The position numbers and the translations under genes are program-made. DNA of 64,000 bases from Podarcis muralis (Eukaryota), in NCBI RefSeq assembly GCF_964188315.1, contig NC_135667.1, positions 12,090,001 through 12,154,000 of the forward strand, written 5' to 3'. The notes under the pieces were generated by a model that was given only the letters and a program-made list of their open reading frames with translations, did not search any database and was not told the DNA's origin. Positions 11,910 to 23,403 of the stretch are shown here, piece after piece (the first letter of the stretch is position 1; each line of letters starts with the position of its first letter).

Positions 11910-12811
11910 TCACTGATTTCTTCTTCTTAACTGCTCCTTGTTGTTCAGCTCTGGCTTCATCACAATAATATAACATTTTGGGGAAAATATACAGCCTAGT
12001 AAACCAGCACTGGAGGCCAAAATGGAGAAGATCTCCACAGCCACCAAATATTTTCCTTTTGTGCTTAAGTAAGTTGGAACAAAGGACAGCCACACACTGC
12101 AAAATACCAGCATGCTGAAGGTGATAAACTTGGCTTCATTAAAGCTGTCGGGTAACTTCCTGGCTAGGAAGGCTATACAGAAGCTGACAATGGCCAGCAG
12201 ACCCATAAACCCCAAGACACAATAGAACATGGTGACTGACCCTTCATTACATTCCAGAACTATCTCTTTACTCATTGAGTTCATGTCTAAAGCTGGAAAT
12301 GGGGGAGAAGTTGCCAGCCACACAGTACAAAGAGCAGCTTGCATCAAGGAACAGGAAGGAATAATGGAAGTGGCCTGTTGTTTCCCCACCCATTTCCTCA
12401 TGCTGGACCCTGGTTTGGTGACCATGAAAGCAAGGACCACAATGATTGTCTTGGCCAGCACACAAGAAACTGCCACTGAAAAGATGATGCCAAAAGCTGT
12501 TTGTCGAAGGAGACACGTCACTTTCTTAGGTTGACCGATGAATAGAAGAGCACATAGGAAAGCAAGCAAGAGGGAGATGAGGAGAGTGTAGGAGAGGTTG
12601 CGGTTGTTGGCTTTGACGATGGGAGTGTCCCGGTGCTTAATGAAAATCCAAAGCACCAAAACTGTAAGGAAGGACAAGGAAAGAGCAAAACAGGCCAAAG
12701 AGATCCCCAGGGGTTCCCCATAAGACAAGAAATGGATGACCTTTGGCATGCATGAATCCTTTTCCACATTTGGGTAATGATCCGGTGAGCAATGAAAGCA
12801 TTCATCAGTGT
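11910..12811 (-). CDS. V2R-2 exon 6 (7TM domain), 902 bp
   Basis: cag|ac [20 protein letters not shown]...EQLRRRNQ*; ORF 11910-12767. Confidence 0.95.
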
Positions 12812-15800
12812 CTGAAAAAGAAGAGCTGTATGAGCACCACTACATGCATAATACTAAAATGATCAAAATGAAAACAACAAAACCTTAAAGAAGGGCTGCC
12901 AGGTTGAAATCTGAAAAACAATTTGCCACACTTCTCATGTGATTATATTATTAGCAATATGCCATATTCAATTCCCACCCACTCCCAGATGTTGGGACCT
13001 AACTTGACTCAGCTCAGTGTTATCACTTACGGTCAGGATTCCATCAGATTTTAGTTGTTCAAATTTTTAACATCCCAACATGATTTGAACTTCCCATTGT
13101 AATATGTCAACTGGAGCAAGGTTGTATATCCGTTTTAGCGCTTCTCTGAATTGTGAAACATAGATCTTTGGTCTTGTTTTTAAGACAGAGAGAGGCTGTT
13201 GTCCGTTAGCTTTCCCCTGAAGTTCTTTCTTATTTCTGAAAGTTTCTGCTTTTTCAGATTATGATACCTCCTTTGTCTGATTAATAGCCAGCTATCAATG
13301 GCTTCGACTGATATTATTGAATATATCAGGCTGTATCCCCATATCAGGAACCACAACCTTCACTGAATTCTGAACAACTTTGCGGAAATTTATGAACAAC
13401 TGAACACCACAAGGGAAGTGTGTGTCTGAATATCTTAGTGTCAGTACATTTTAAAGACTCTATACATGATGTCTCTTACCTGTCTGGTTAGAAATCTTCC
13501 CTTCTGGACATAAGACGCAATCATAGCAGCAAAATGGTTTCCCTTCCTTCTTTGTTTTTTGATAACCCAAAGGACAATTGGCATTACAAAGAGAAAGAGG
13601 CTGGGCCTGTCCACAAATGAAAAAGGATCATGGTTTCTTTTTTTGCAATATTTTGTATCCACAATGTATACTTGCTGAACTATCTCCTTGAACTGCTGCA
13701 TTAGCAGCACCAAACCTGGACAGTGTGTATGGAGTTCCTAGGTTGCCCAGACAAAAAGACATTTTTCTTGACCTCACTGATGTGGTCCAAAGGAAAGCAG
13801 ATCAATATGTCACAGATTTGGGTAGGGAAAGGAAACCAGCAAGCCCCGTTGTGATAAAAGGAATCCTTAAGGTGCCTTCCCCTACATGAATATGGCCTTC
13901 TGTAAATTCATCAAGTTTTACTTTTTTTTCAGGTGGTAAATTTGGTGGTTGTAGTGCAATAGTGGATTTAATGAATGTCACTTAATGTGCAAAACATGGA
14001 AGATCTCTACAGCCATGCCCTCACTCCTATACTAAGCACATGGGTGAGCATAGCACAGAGCTAGGTCAGTATCTGAACTGCAAATCATTGTACAAGTGAT
14101 GGATAGGCTACAAAATATGAATTTATCTCACCTGGTTAAACCTGCTGGGCCACACGATGGCTCCTTCACAAATGCTGAACACTTCTTCTTTGGGAGCCAT
14201 GGAGTCGATCTTTCCAACTTTCACTCTCCGAAAGGACTGGTTTGGAAATGTGACCCAGTTTATAACATCAAATACAGACTCTAACTCTCCATTTTGGTTG
14301 AAGGAAACTTTCCCCCCATCACTATTATTAAATGAGATGCTTTTAACAAAGTGGTTGAGCTGTTTGGGGAGAAAGAAGAGGTAGAATTAGAGAGAAATTA
14401 AATGAAAGCAAATTCATAAGAATATACAAAAGGCTGGTGATCATTCGCAATTGATTACTGAACTGTTTAAAAGCTTTATACCAAGGAAGAATGGATACAG
14501 AGAGAGGAAGAGCCCGATAGGCCACCTTGAGCTTATTGCAGGAACGTTGAGAGATATGTATAAAAAATATATATATATATAAAAAAGGGGGGGAAACATA
14601 CCAAAAAAAGAGAGAGAGAGATATGTATAAAAATAAACAGATACAGTAATAAACTACAATAATAAAATGTAACAGTAGTACTAATGAAGGAAGTGACTGG
14701 GCAGCAGTGGAGCAGGTCAGAATGGTATAGCAACTACTACATTTATAACCATGAAGTGATGGAAGATAGAAGCAGGAAAAAAATCTTGCTCCATGCTTCT
14801 TATTATCAGCTTTTGGACTTTCCAGAGAATCTAGATTCTCTGCTTATTCCTTTGTATATGGTGAACAGTGGAGATTAGACAAAGTCATGGATGAAATTGG
14901 ATATCTATGGCTATTAGCCACAATGAGTTTATACTTGCTCCAGAAAAAGGGGCATCGTGCCTCTGAACACCAGACTGTTGGGAGACGACTATTGCCATAA
15001 TGTCCAGACTGAGCACATCCCACAGGTATCAAGTTGGCTGCCTTGGGAAACCTTTGGACTGATCCATCATCATTTCTACTCCACTTTTAGCACCCTCGGG
15101 ACATTACCGTCCACAACTGCTCATTCTGAAATGTTATTCCTTCATCCACTCTCATTCTGCCTTTGAGTCTAGATGGGTGCATGGCATTCAAAGCATGTGT
15201 AACCACATAGACTTCTATATAGACATTGTAGTTGTAGGGTGCGTGACTGACAGGTATTGGCTATACTTGCTGGGAATATGGGTGTTGCAGTTCAGAAACA
15301 TCAGGAGGGCTGGAGGTTCCCCATCCCTGCCTTAGCACTAGAGACATGTGTCTGGAGTCAAAGTTGGTTTAACCTGCTGGGCCATACAATGGCATCCTCA
15401 TGAATGGTGAACTTTCCCCAGGGGTCTTGTGGACCATTTTGGTTAAAATAAACTTTCCCCCCAAGCACTATTATTAAAGAAGCTATTTAAGGAAGCTTTC
15501 AATGTTTGATGGATTACTGTATTTTAATATTTTGGTGGAAGCTGCCCAGAATGGCTGGGGAAGCCCAGCCAGATGGGCGGGGTATAAATAAAAAAATTAT
15601 TATTATATTATTATTATTTCTCACCAAATGACTGAGCAAATTGGACAGGGGGGAAGTGTTGGAAGATTCCATTGCACCTTTAGTTGCAGGCATGGGATTG
15701 TTACGTGTCACATGTCTGTTTACATTTCAGCACAGTTTGCTGGCGTAAGCAGAACTTTCGCTGTATTGCTTTTGTTTTGACTCTCCCTCCGAGAAGATGG

Positions 15801-18800
15801 CGAGGAAAGATGACATGTTTCTTTGTTCTGATTTATGAAAAATAAATCTGTAGTTGCAGTATGTACCCACAGCCTCTTCTGTTTGTGCGGTTTACACTGC
15901 TACGTATAGTGCGCTCGTCAGCTAGCTTGAGTCACTAATTTATGTCAGAGCCAGAGCTTGATGGATCTTCGCAGTGTGAAGGCTGAGAGGGAAATGAACC
16001 AGCTGGGGGCTAGCCAGCTGGCCTTTCAGCCCCCGGATGTCGACAGAAAGATGGGGAAAGAAGGGTATTTCATAAGAAAATATGACAGGTTGATGATGAA
16101 CTTTCATTCTTGGGGATATGAGCAATGGACCCTTCAAAAGATTCATAAAGACCAGTAATGGATGCAATAGAAGTCATTGAGCATTACATCACCATCATCT
16201 TCTTTTGACAAAAAAGGATGCTGGACTAGATGGGCCAATGTCCTGGTCCAGCAGCATCTTCTTATGGCCTTAAGTAAGTAAATGCAGAACAATTACCTCC
16301 TGTGTACTCTTTCTCTACGTACATATGGGCATTTAATTTCAGTAAGGTTTTTTTTTAATAAGATATTTTCATGAAGAATAATGAGAGAGAGAGAGAGAGA
16401 GAAATGGAGGGAGGGAGGGAGAGAGGGAGGGAGAGGGAGAGAGAGAGAGAGAGAAATCCTTCTGAAGAAGCTGCCATTTGGCCTTAAATGGAAACTTCTG
16501 GTGTAAACTCCTATTGGTAAGAATAAAAGCCTAACCCCATTCAGTGTCAGTCAGTCACAGTCCTGAATGAGGTCCCTAGAACAGATTCACACAACAGTGA
16601 GCTATGCTTTCAATGTCACGTGTAATTTGGTCTTGAGATGCTAACCACCCTTGGTAGAAACAGAAACTTTTCAAACACTCTGGATACTTTCTTTTTATTG
16701 TTATTTCCAGGGCTATGGTGAGCATTCCTGCATTATTGTGCTCATGATATTACCTTCCACATCTGTTGATTCCAAAGCTTCAGCCGCCCTTCACCCTCTC
16801 TGCGCTTCAACTTAGATGACTGCATGGCATGCACCGCGTGTGCCACAGCATAGACTGCATTGTAGATGCTATAGCTGTGGCCAGTCATGCTTGTTGGAAA
16901 AATAGAGCCAGGAAGAGTCTCCAGCTTCTCCTCCCCAGTGCAAACATCACCATCCTGCATATTTCCCTCAGAGTCAGGGAAATGACACTGAAATGCCTTT
17001 TCCCAGTATATCCTCATAAAGCCATCTTCTTTTTCCAAGATGGGATTTCTCATCTGAACAAATTCCTGGAATCCCAAGACCTCCTCTGAGTGAATTGTGA
17101 AGGATAGAGTACCATGGAGGAAGTCTATGTCCTGATCCCTCTGAAAGGGAAGTGATGTGAAATCCATCTGAACTGTCATAACCCAAACTTTCCCTTTAGC
17201 CTTTATTGGTATTTCTTCATATTCTGACATAGCAGGAAACATTCTCAAAAGTGTCATGGAATCGATTTCCCCATGAATGATCAACACATTAACAGTACTT
17301 CTCATGGCAACATTAAATGTCTTGAGCCCATCTGCAACTACGTCCATAATACCATTAGTATAAGTCATTGTTGGAAATCTTCCTATGAAATCAAGGCAGA
17401 TTCCTCGCAGAATAAATTTTGGAACCACGCTCTGTAGAAACGTCTCTCCATTCTCATTATCCGCAGTCAATACACCAGTCCATAGCCATCCGAAGTGTAG
17501 CAGTAACATGAGAATCCCTTCATATTGATGGTCTATACTTGGAAACATTTGGTTAAGGAAAGCAATTTCATTTTTATTATTTCTCATTGGAGCAGGACCA
17601 TAGATGAGCTAAATCAAAGACAGGAAATGAGGAGATGAGAATTTTTGTTAAGTGCACAGTGGTTTTCTATGTTAACTTGTATTGGCTGCAGTGAAAGTAC
17701 AATCTAGATTTCAGCTTTTGTTTTGAGGGAGTGCTGCTGACATGGGATCTTGTCCAGGTTTTCCTCGAACTTAAGAGACCATTAAAGAATGAGCAATCCA
17801 CAAAACATAGAAAAATGTTCTCACCAATGAAATTGTAGTAGCACAAAGTATATGCTGGTCGAGGGTTGTGGCAATCTGCTCAAGCAATAATGCTCAGTTA
17901 CCTTTCATGGTAGTGCCATGTCTTACATTACACTGGTGAAACAGGACTTCCACCATCTTCCATTGTAGGAGGAGAACTCCCATTATCTATGAGTAGGTTG
18001 CCCTTGCTGGCTGGGGCTGATGAAAGTTGGATTTCAATAACATCTGCAGGACACCTTACTGTAGTCCCTCAGCCAGCTTATTTCAATTAGTTGTATTAAG
18101 ATATCTATCCGGCTCCTCACCATTTATTTCCAAGTCAGTTAATAACATTCTGTATTAAGCAACAAGGAGAAAAAGCAAATGAAAAAGAACTGACAAAGGA
18201 TCAACACAGTAGCAGTTGTGAAGTGGCAACTGATCATCGGCACCTGCAAAGTGCTAGGTTTCTGCCTGAAAAGAAGACCCAATGGTTTGGGTAGTGTCTA
18301 ACATGAGAGGTGCTCTAAGAGAATGATACCTGTGGAATCCTGTAGTTGCTCAGTATACTTGCCATATGAAGACAAACCTCAGAGTTCGGACCTCCAATGA
18401 CTGCTGCTAGTTCATTCTGGGAGTCACACTTGTAGTTGGGGATAAATCTGCTGTATGTAGAGAGCAGTTCCAAGGAGGAACGATAGGTCCAGCTGGCACT
18501 GAAATGGCTGTTATAGATGTGGAAGCCCAGGGTGAGGTTGGGTAAGATTTGGAGGTTTGCATTGATCTCTTTTACAGCAAATACTAATGCCAGGATATGT
18601 TGGTAGAGTTGTGTCATAACCCTGAAATGAGAGTTACATGCTGTAACAGAGTGTGTTTCCTTCTGGATAGGACAATTTCTACACTTCAGCTGCCCCAATA
18701 CTATCTTACTGATCAATCTGAATTCAGGTAAATCTGGAGGAATATTAACATGCACAGGTTCCAGCTCTAAACTATGGTGTTTAAATCTAGTTATTTTTAA

Positions 18801-19931
18801 ATTAAATTTCTATACACTGTTGTTCATCCAAGGATCATAATGCACTTTAAAACATAAAAACACAAAAAATGATGTTCAGATGGTATTTAACACCAGTGAA
18901 GTTAACAAAAATGCATCATACTCATGATAATAAATGCTGGAAATGCAAAGAAAAAGAAGGAACCATTTACCACATGTGGTGGACGTGCCCCAAGGTAAAA
19001 GACTTCTGGGAAAGGATTTATAATGAGCTGCAAAAAGTGTGGAAAAACACATTTATTAAGAAACCAGAAGCCTTTTTACTTGGAATAGTGGGGGTGAAAT
19101 CCTCAAAAAGGATATTACTTTTTTTCTGTATGCCACAACAGCTGCGAGAATATTGCTAGCCAAGAATTGGAAGAAAGAAGATTTACCAACTATCGAAGAA
19201 TGGCAGATGAAGATGATGGACTATGTGGAACTTGCTGAACTGACTGGGAGACTCTGAGACCAGAGAAAAGAGATGGTGGAAGAAGATTGGAAGAAGTTTG
19301 AGGAATGGTTGAAAAAATATGTTAATATTTAAATCTTAGAATAGCTTTGGAAGTGAATATAGGCTGTAGGGGGTAGAAGTAGCAGATAGCGTATTTTAAA
19401 ATAGTATTATTTGTAAGTGAAATGTGAAGATTTTTAAGTGTGATAAAAAAAATGGTTAGAAATTATGATATATGTAAACTGCTAAAGATGAGGTAAAATG
19501 AAAATCAGACAGGTGGGACTTGGGGAAGCCCTCCTTACAACGTTTAGAAAAAATAAGGATAAGACAAGGATCTGTTTGTATTGTTTGTTTTTCTATTTGT
19601 GTTGTTTATTTGTGTTATAAAATGAATAATTTTTTTTAAAAAAAGAAATACAAAACAAATCTTACACAATGTCATCAAAGAGGTCATTAGAAGGACATTT
19701 ATCGAAGTCTATTGCGTTGAAAAATATGGAGATCTGAGACATAATACCAGCAACGATGAGGACTCCTGGTTGGTAATACTTGTGAAGAAAAGGAAGGGGG
19801 CTGCAGATGCTGCACTTAGTGTTAGGAATTGTGCACATCACCTGAAGCAGAAGCACTGATGGCAATAGTACAAATCCAACTATCTTGCAGGAAATAATTC
19901 CTCTTCTACCTAAATTCTCCTGTCCCCACAT
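11910..19931 (-). CDS. V2R-2, vomeronasal type-2 receptor, complete, about 889 aa
   Basis: Exons 19666-19931, 18330-18621, 16754-17608, 14132-14359, 13480-13606, 11910-12811; total 2670 bp, open, GT-AG. 7TM motifs [32 protein letters not shown]. Confidence 0.95.
13480..13606 (-). CDS. V2R-2 exon 5
   Basis: [11 protein letters not shown]...EGKISNQT, cag/gtaag. Confidence 0.93.
14132..14359 (-). CDS. V2R-2 exon 4
   Basis: [10 protein letters not shown]...IVWPSRFNQ, 228 bp, cag/gtgag. Confidence 0.92.
15108..15485 (-). pseudogene. Fossil exon 3 end (about 15108-15236) and internally deleted fossil exon 4 (about 15365-15485) in intron 3 of V2R-2
   Basis: Homologous to 3116-3648; the centre and the acceptor of the fossil exon 4 are deleted. 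Confidence 0.8.
15490..15618 (+). mobile_element. LINE 3' end (L2-like) with (ATT)n tail
   Basis: gctgcccagaatggctggggaagcccagccagatgggcggggtataaataa followed by (tat)n; absent in V2R-1. Family assignment is from recall. Confidence 0.6.
15640..16080 (+). mobile_element. LTR retrotransposon remnant (polypurine tract plus short LTR, Copia-like)
   Basis: Purine tract ggacaggggggaag directly followed by TGTTGG at 15657, internal AATAAA; absent in V2R-1. Confidence 0.5.
16754..17608 (-). CDS. V2R-2 exon 3
   Basis: ORF 16742-17587, 855 bp, tag/gtaat. Confidence 0.94.
18330..18621 (-). CDS. V2R-2 exon 2
   Basis: ORF 18315-18755, 292 bp, cag/gtatc. Confidence 0.93.
18866..19649 (+). mobile_element. 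L1-clade LINE 3' end
   Basis: ORF2 C-terminal CCHC knuckle [23 protein letters not shown]-rich 3' UTR, A-rich tail; absent in V2R-1 intron 1. Confidence 0.88.
19666..19931 (-). CDS. V2R-2 exon 1
   Basis: ORF 19662-19931, donor gtaag. Confidence 0.9.
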
Positions 19932-22501
19932 TATCTTTCAGTAAGTCCTTTGCTGTGTTGGGCAGCCTAACTTAAGTCCACACTACACTGATTTGTGAGT
20001 CAGATTGTGCAGTGTAAAGCATCTGTTATCAGCCTGACCAATCTCTGACTATCTCTTGTTGCACCTTGGAATTGTACCGGCAATATTCACAGCACCCTCC
20101 GATCTTCATTGATAATAATGCAACTCATATTTGCAGCTTCCTTGATATGTGGAAACAAAGCTTCTACGCTTAATTTCATAATTACAGAGAGGATAATAAT
20201 ATCATTGAGATTTACAGGCATTTAGATGTAATGGCTGCAATCATCCAGCTCATGTGATCATCTAATGGTGTTATGGGAATTATTAGTCCAAGATAGTGCA
20301 ATTTGTAGCAGGAAAGTAGGTGGATGTAACTATAGTAGTTAGGAGCAGATGGTATTTATACTCTCATCTTTGTACAAGCAGGGACCTTTGAGCAAATACC
20401 ATGCTAGATGCATTACACTTGAAAGTGAAGTTACTTAGCTTGCTCTGTGCAGGTCTCACTGGTATTCACAAACTGACAGATTAATATGATGATGATGGCA
20501 GAAATCCCCTTGAAAAAATGATGTGTGTGGAGGGAGTTAAATGTTGTTGAAAAACTGCCCTAAGTTTGTATTCTCTGCAGTCCTGACTTCTGTTCTTTTG
20601 TTTTTGTTGTGTTTTTTATAAATTTATTTATTTACAAATTTACAAATCTACAACCAATCCTCAAGCAACAGCAACAACAAAAAAGGATTCCATAAATCCC
20701 CATAGACTTATCTCCTCCCTGTTCTGGGTCCTTTATTAACTTTTTTCTCCTGCATGTTTAAAACCATTTCTCCAGGGGTTCTCAACTCTGAGTTAGACCT
20801 CAATCTCCTTGTATTTGTATTGTTACTTTGCACTGTACCTTTAAACTCAACCTCGTTGTTATCAGAATCACCCAGATTTGGCTTTACATGTTTCTCAAAA
20901 AATATTGTTAGTAGCAGTGAGTACATTATTACATGAGCACTGTTCCACAGCATTTGATATTTTCATTTATATACATTCATTCAAAATAAGATGGGGTATG
21001 TACTCTTCTCCATTACTGTTTGTATTATAGTTTATAATTTTTGTAAAGTGATATGTCATGCAGGTCATCGTCTGTAAAAATTTATTTTCGGTTTATGAAG
21101 CTTTCTATATCCACCCACCACGCTGACGAAGAATTCCCCGAAACAGTAGTCAATATTCGGAATTACTGTTCAGCGTTGGACATCATTCTTGAATACATAT
21201 AGCTTCACAGCTTGTCTTCCACCGTACAAAGTTTGGTACCTCGCTTCATTTAAAGATTTTCAGAGACTTTGAGACTAAAGATTTCATTTTGAACTTTTTA
21301 TGATTTGAAGTCAATATCAGGAATTACTGTTCAGTGTTGGACATCATATTTGTTGAATACACAAAGCTTCACAGCTTGTTCTCTTTGCCACACAGGGGTT
21401 TGTTTGGATACTTCATTCAATGAGAACAGGGCATGGGAATCCCAGACCTGGACGCTGAATAATATACTGATATTTGGAATTCTTCCCAGTTGAAACCCCT
21501 TACTACCCAGCTCCACACCCAGAGATCTTTCCCCTGACTGGAATGTGTCCTTGAACTCCAATAATGCCTCTTACTTGACTTGTGAGTGTGTGCAGGTACT
21601 AGTGTACTATGCAGATTCAAAATTTACATTTGTTGCTGCTCACTCTTTTGCCTCTGGCCTCATGCGTGACCAGTAAGTGGCCTCTGGAAGGCTGCACCGG
21701 AACTTTTTTCTCATTGCCCTTTGTAAAAGGTGTGATTTCCCTGTCCCCCATGTGAACTCTAGGTTCTCCCTCCCCCGACACACCGGAGCCGATATTGGGA
21801 GAGTATGAGGCCCACACAGGGTGAGGAGAGGGGAGGAAATCCATTGTACAAGCAGAAATGCTTGCACTCATGGGATGAAGCAGTTGGATACAACTCAAAG
21901 TGTTGGTGCAGGAGTTTTCTGGAGTTGGGAGCTTTGAATCTCAACAGAGCAACTAGTCAAACGATATGGCCCATTTGCATGCAGGCAGACAAAATAAATT
22001 TCCCACAAATCCTGAGCTCTGTATAACTTGGATTTATTGTTTGTACTGTTGCATTCAGGAAATAAATGACAATGCTGTGGCATTTAAAATGGAAGGGCAG
22101 AGCTTACATGCTTGGGTTTGCTATATGTTGTTGGGCTGCTGGATGTGTGTGTGGGGGGGAATAATGAATTAACATAGGACAGCTCCAAAGAGGGGGTATC
22201 TTCATATCAACTCAAGGTGGCAGATAATTATGCCACTATGTTTGGCAAACCTAAGGAAGAAAGCTTCGGCTCCCATATCTTGTTTAGTTGGCAGACTTGG
22301 GATAGGGTGTTGATATTAACATAGGATGGTTCCTATATTCGATCCATACGTTGCAATATATATGTACTGCCTAATGAGGGAATAAAGGGAGAAACTGCAA
22401 TCTAAACGGCAATCCAGTTGAACTAATCAGTTGAGGCTGCCTTAAATCCCTTTGCGTAGATTCAAATTAAGATGGAACAGGGCCATAGAATTTTAGATGC
22501 T

Positions 22502-23403
22502 TCAGTGATTTCTTCTTCTTAACTGCTCCTTGTTGTTCAGCTCTGGCTTCACCACAATAATATAACATTTTGGGGAAAATATAAAACCCAATAACCCAGC
22601 ACTAGAAGACAAGATGGAGAAGATCTCCACAGCAACCATGTGTTTTCCTTTTGTGCTCAAGTAAGTTGGAACAAAGGACAGCCAAACACTGCAAAAGACC
22701 AACATGCTGAAGGTGATAAACTTGGCTTCATTAAAACTGTCGGGTAACTTCCTAGCTAGGAATGCCACAATGAAGCTCACAATGGCCAAGAAGCCCAGGA
22801 AGCCCAGGACAGAGTAGAACATGGTACTGGAACCTTCATTACACTCTGATACGATTTGGTCAGTCACTGAGAGCATGTCGAATTCTGGGAATGGGGGTGA
22901 GATTGCCAGCCACACACCACAAAGGGTGGCTTGAATAAGGGAACAGGAAAGGACAATAGAAATGGCCAGTCTTTTCCCTGCCCATTTTCTCATCCTAGTT
23001 TCAGGCTGGGTGGCCATGAAGGCTACAACCACAATTATAGTTTTGGCCAGCACACAAGATACAGCCACTGCAAATACGATAAGAAAAGTGGTTTGCCGTA
23101 ACAGGCATGCCACCTTCTCAGGCTGGCCAATGAACAGCAACGCACAAAGGAAGGAGAGCAGGAGGGAGACAAGGAGGGTGTAAGTAAGATCCCGGTTGTT
23201 AGCTTTGACTATGGGAGTGTCTTGGTGCTTCACAAAAATCCAAAGCACCAAAGCAGTGAGGAAAGAAAACGAGAGAGCCAAAGTAGCCAAAGAGATTCCC
23301 AAAGGTTCTCCAAAAGTGAGGAAGGTTATGAATTTTGGAATGCATGAATTATGGGCATGGTTTGGATACTGATCTTCTGGACATCGAAAGCAGTCATCCA
23401 TGT
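22502..23403 (-). CDS. V2R-3 exon 6 (7TM)
   Basis: cag|ac [14 protein letters not shown]...EQLRRRNH*; ORF 22502-23464. Confidence 0.95.

Noticed and set aside
1-22500. V2R-1/-2 and V2R-4/-5 pairs as uncollapsed haplotypes (assembly artefact)
   Set aside because: Many amino-acid differences, many pair-specific TE insertions and mechanistically sensible junctions indicate real paralogs, though read depth was not available.
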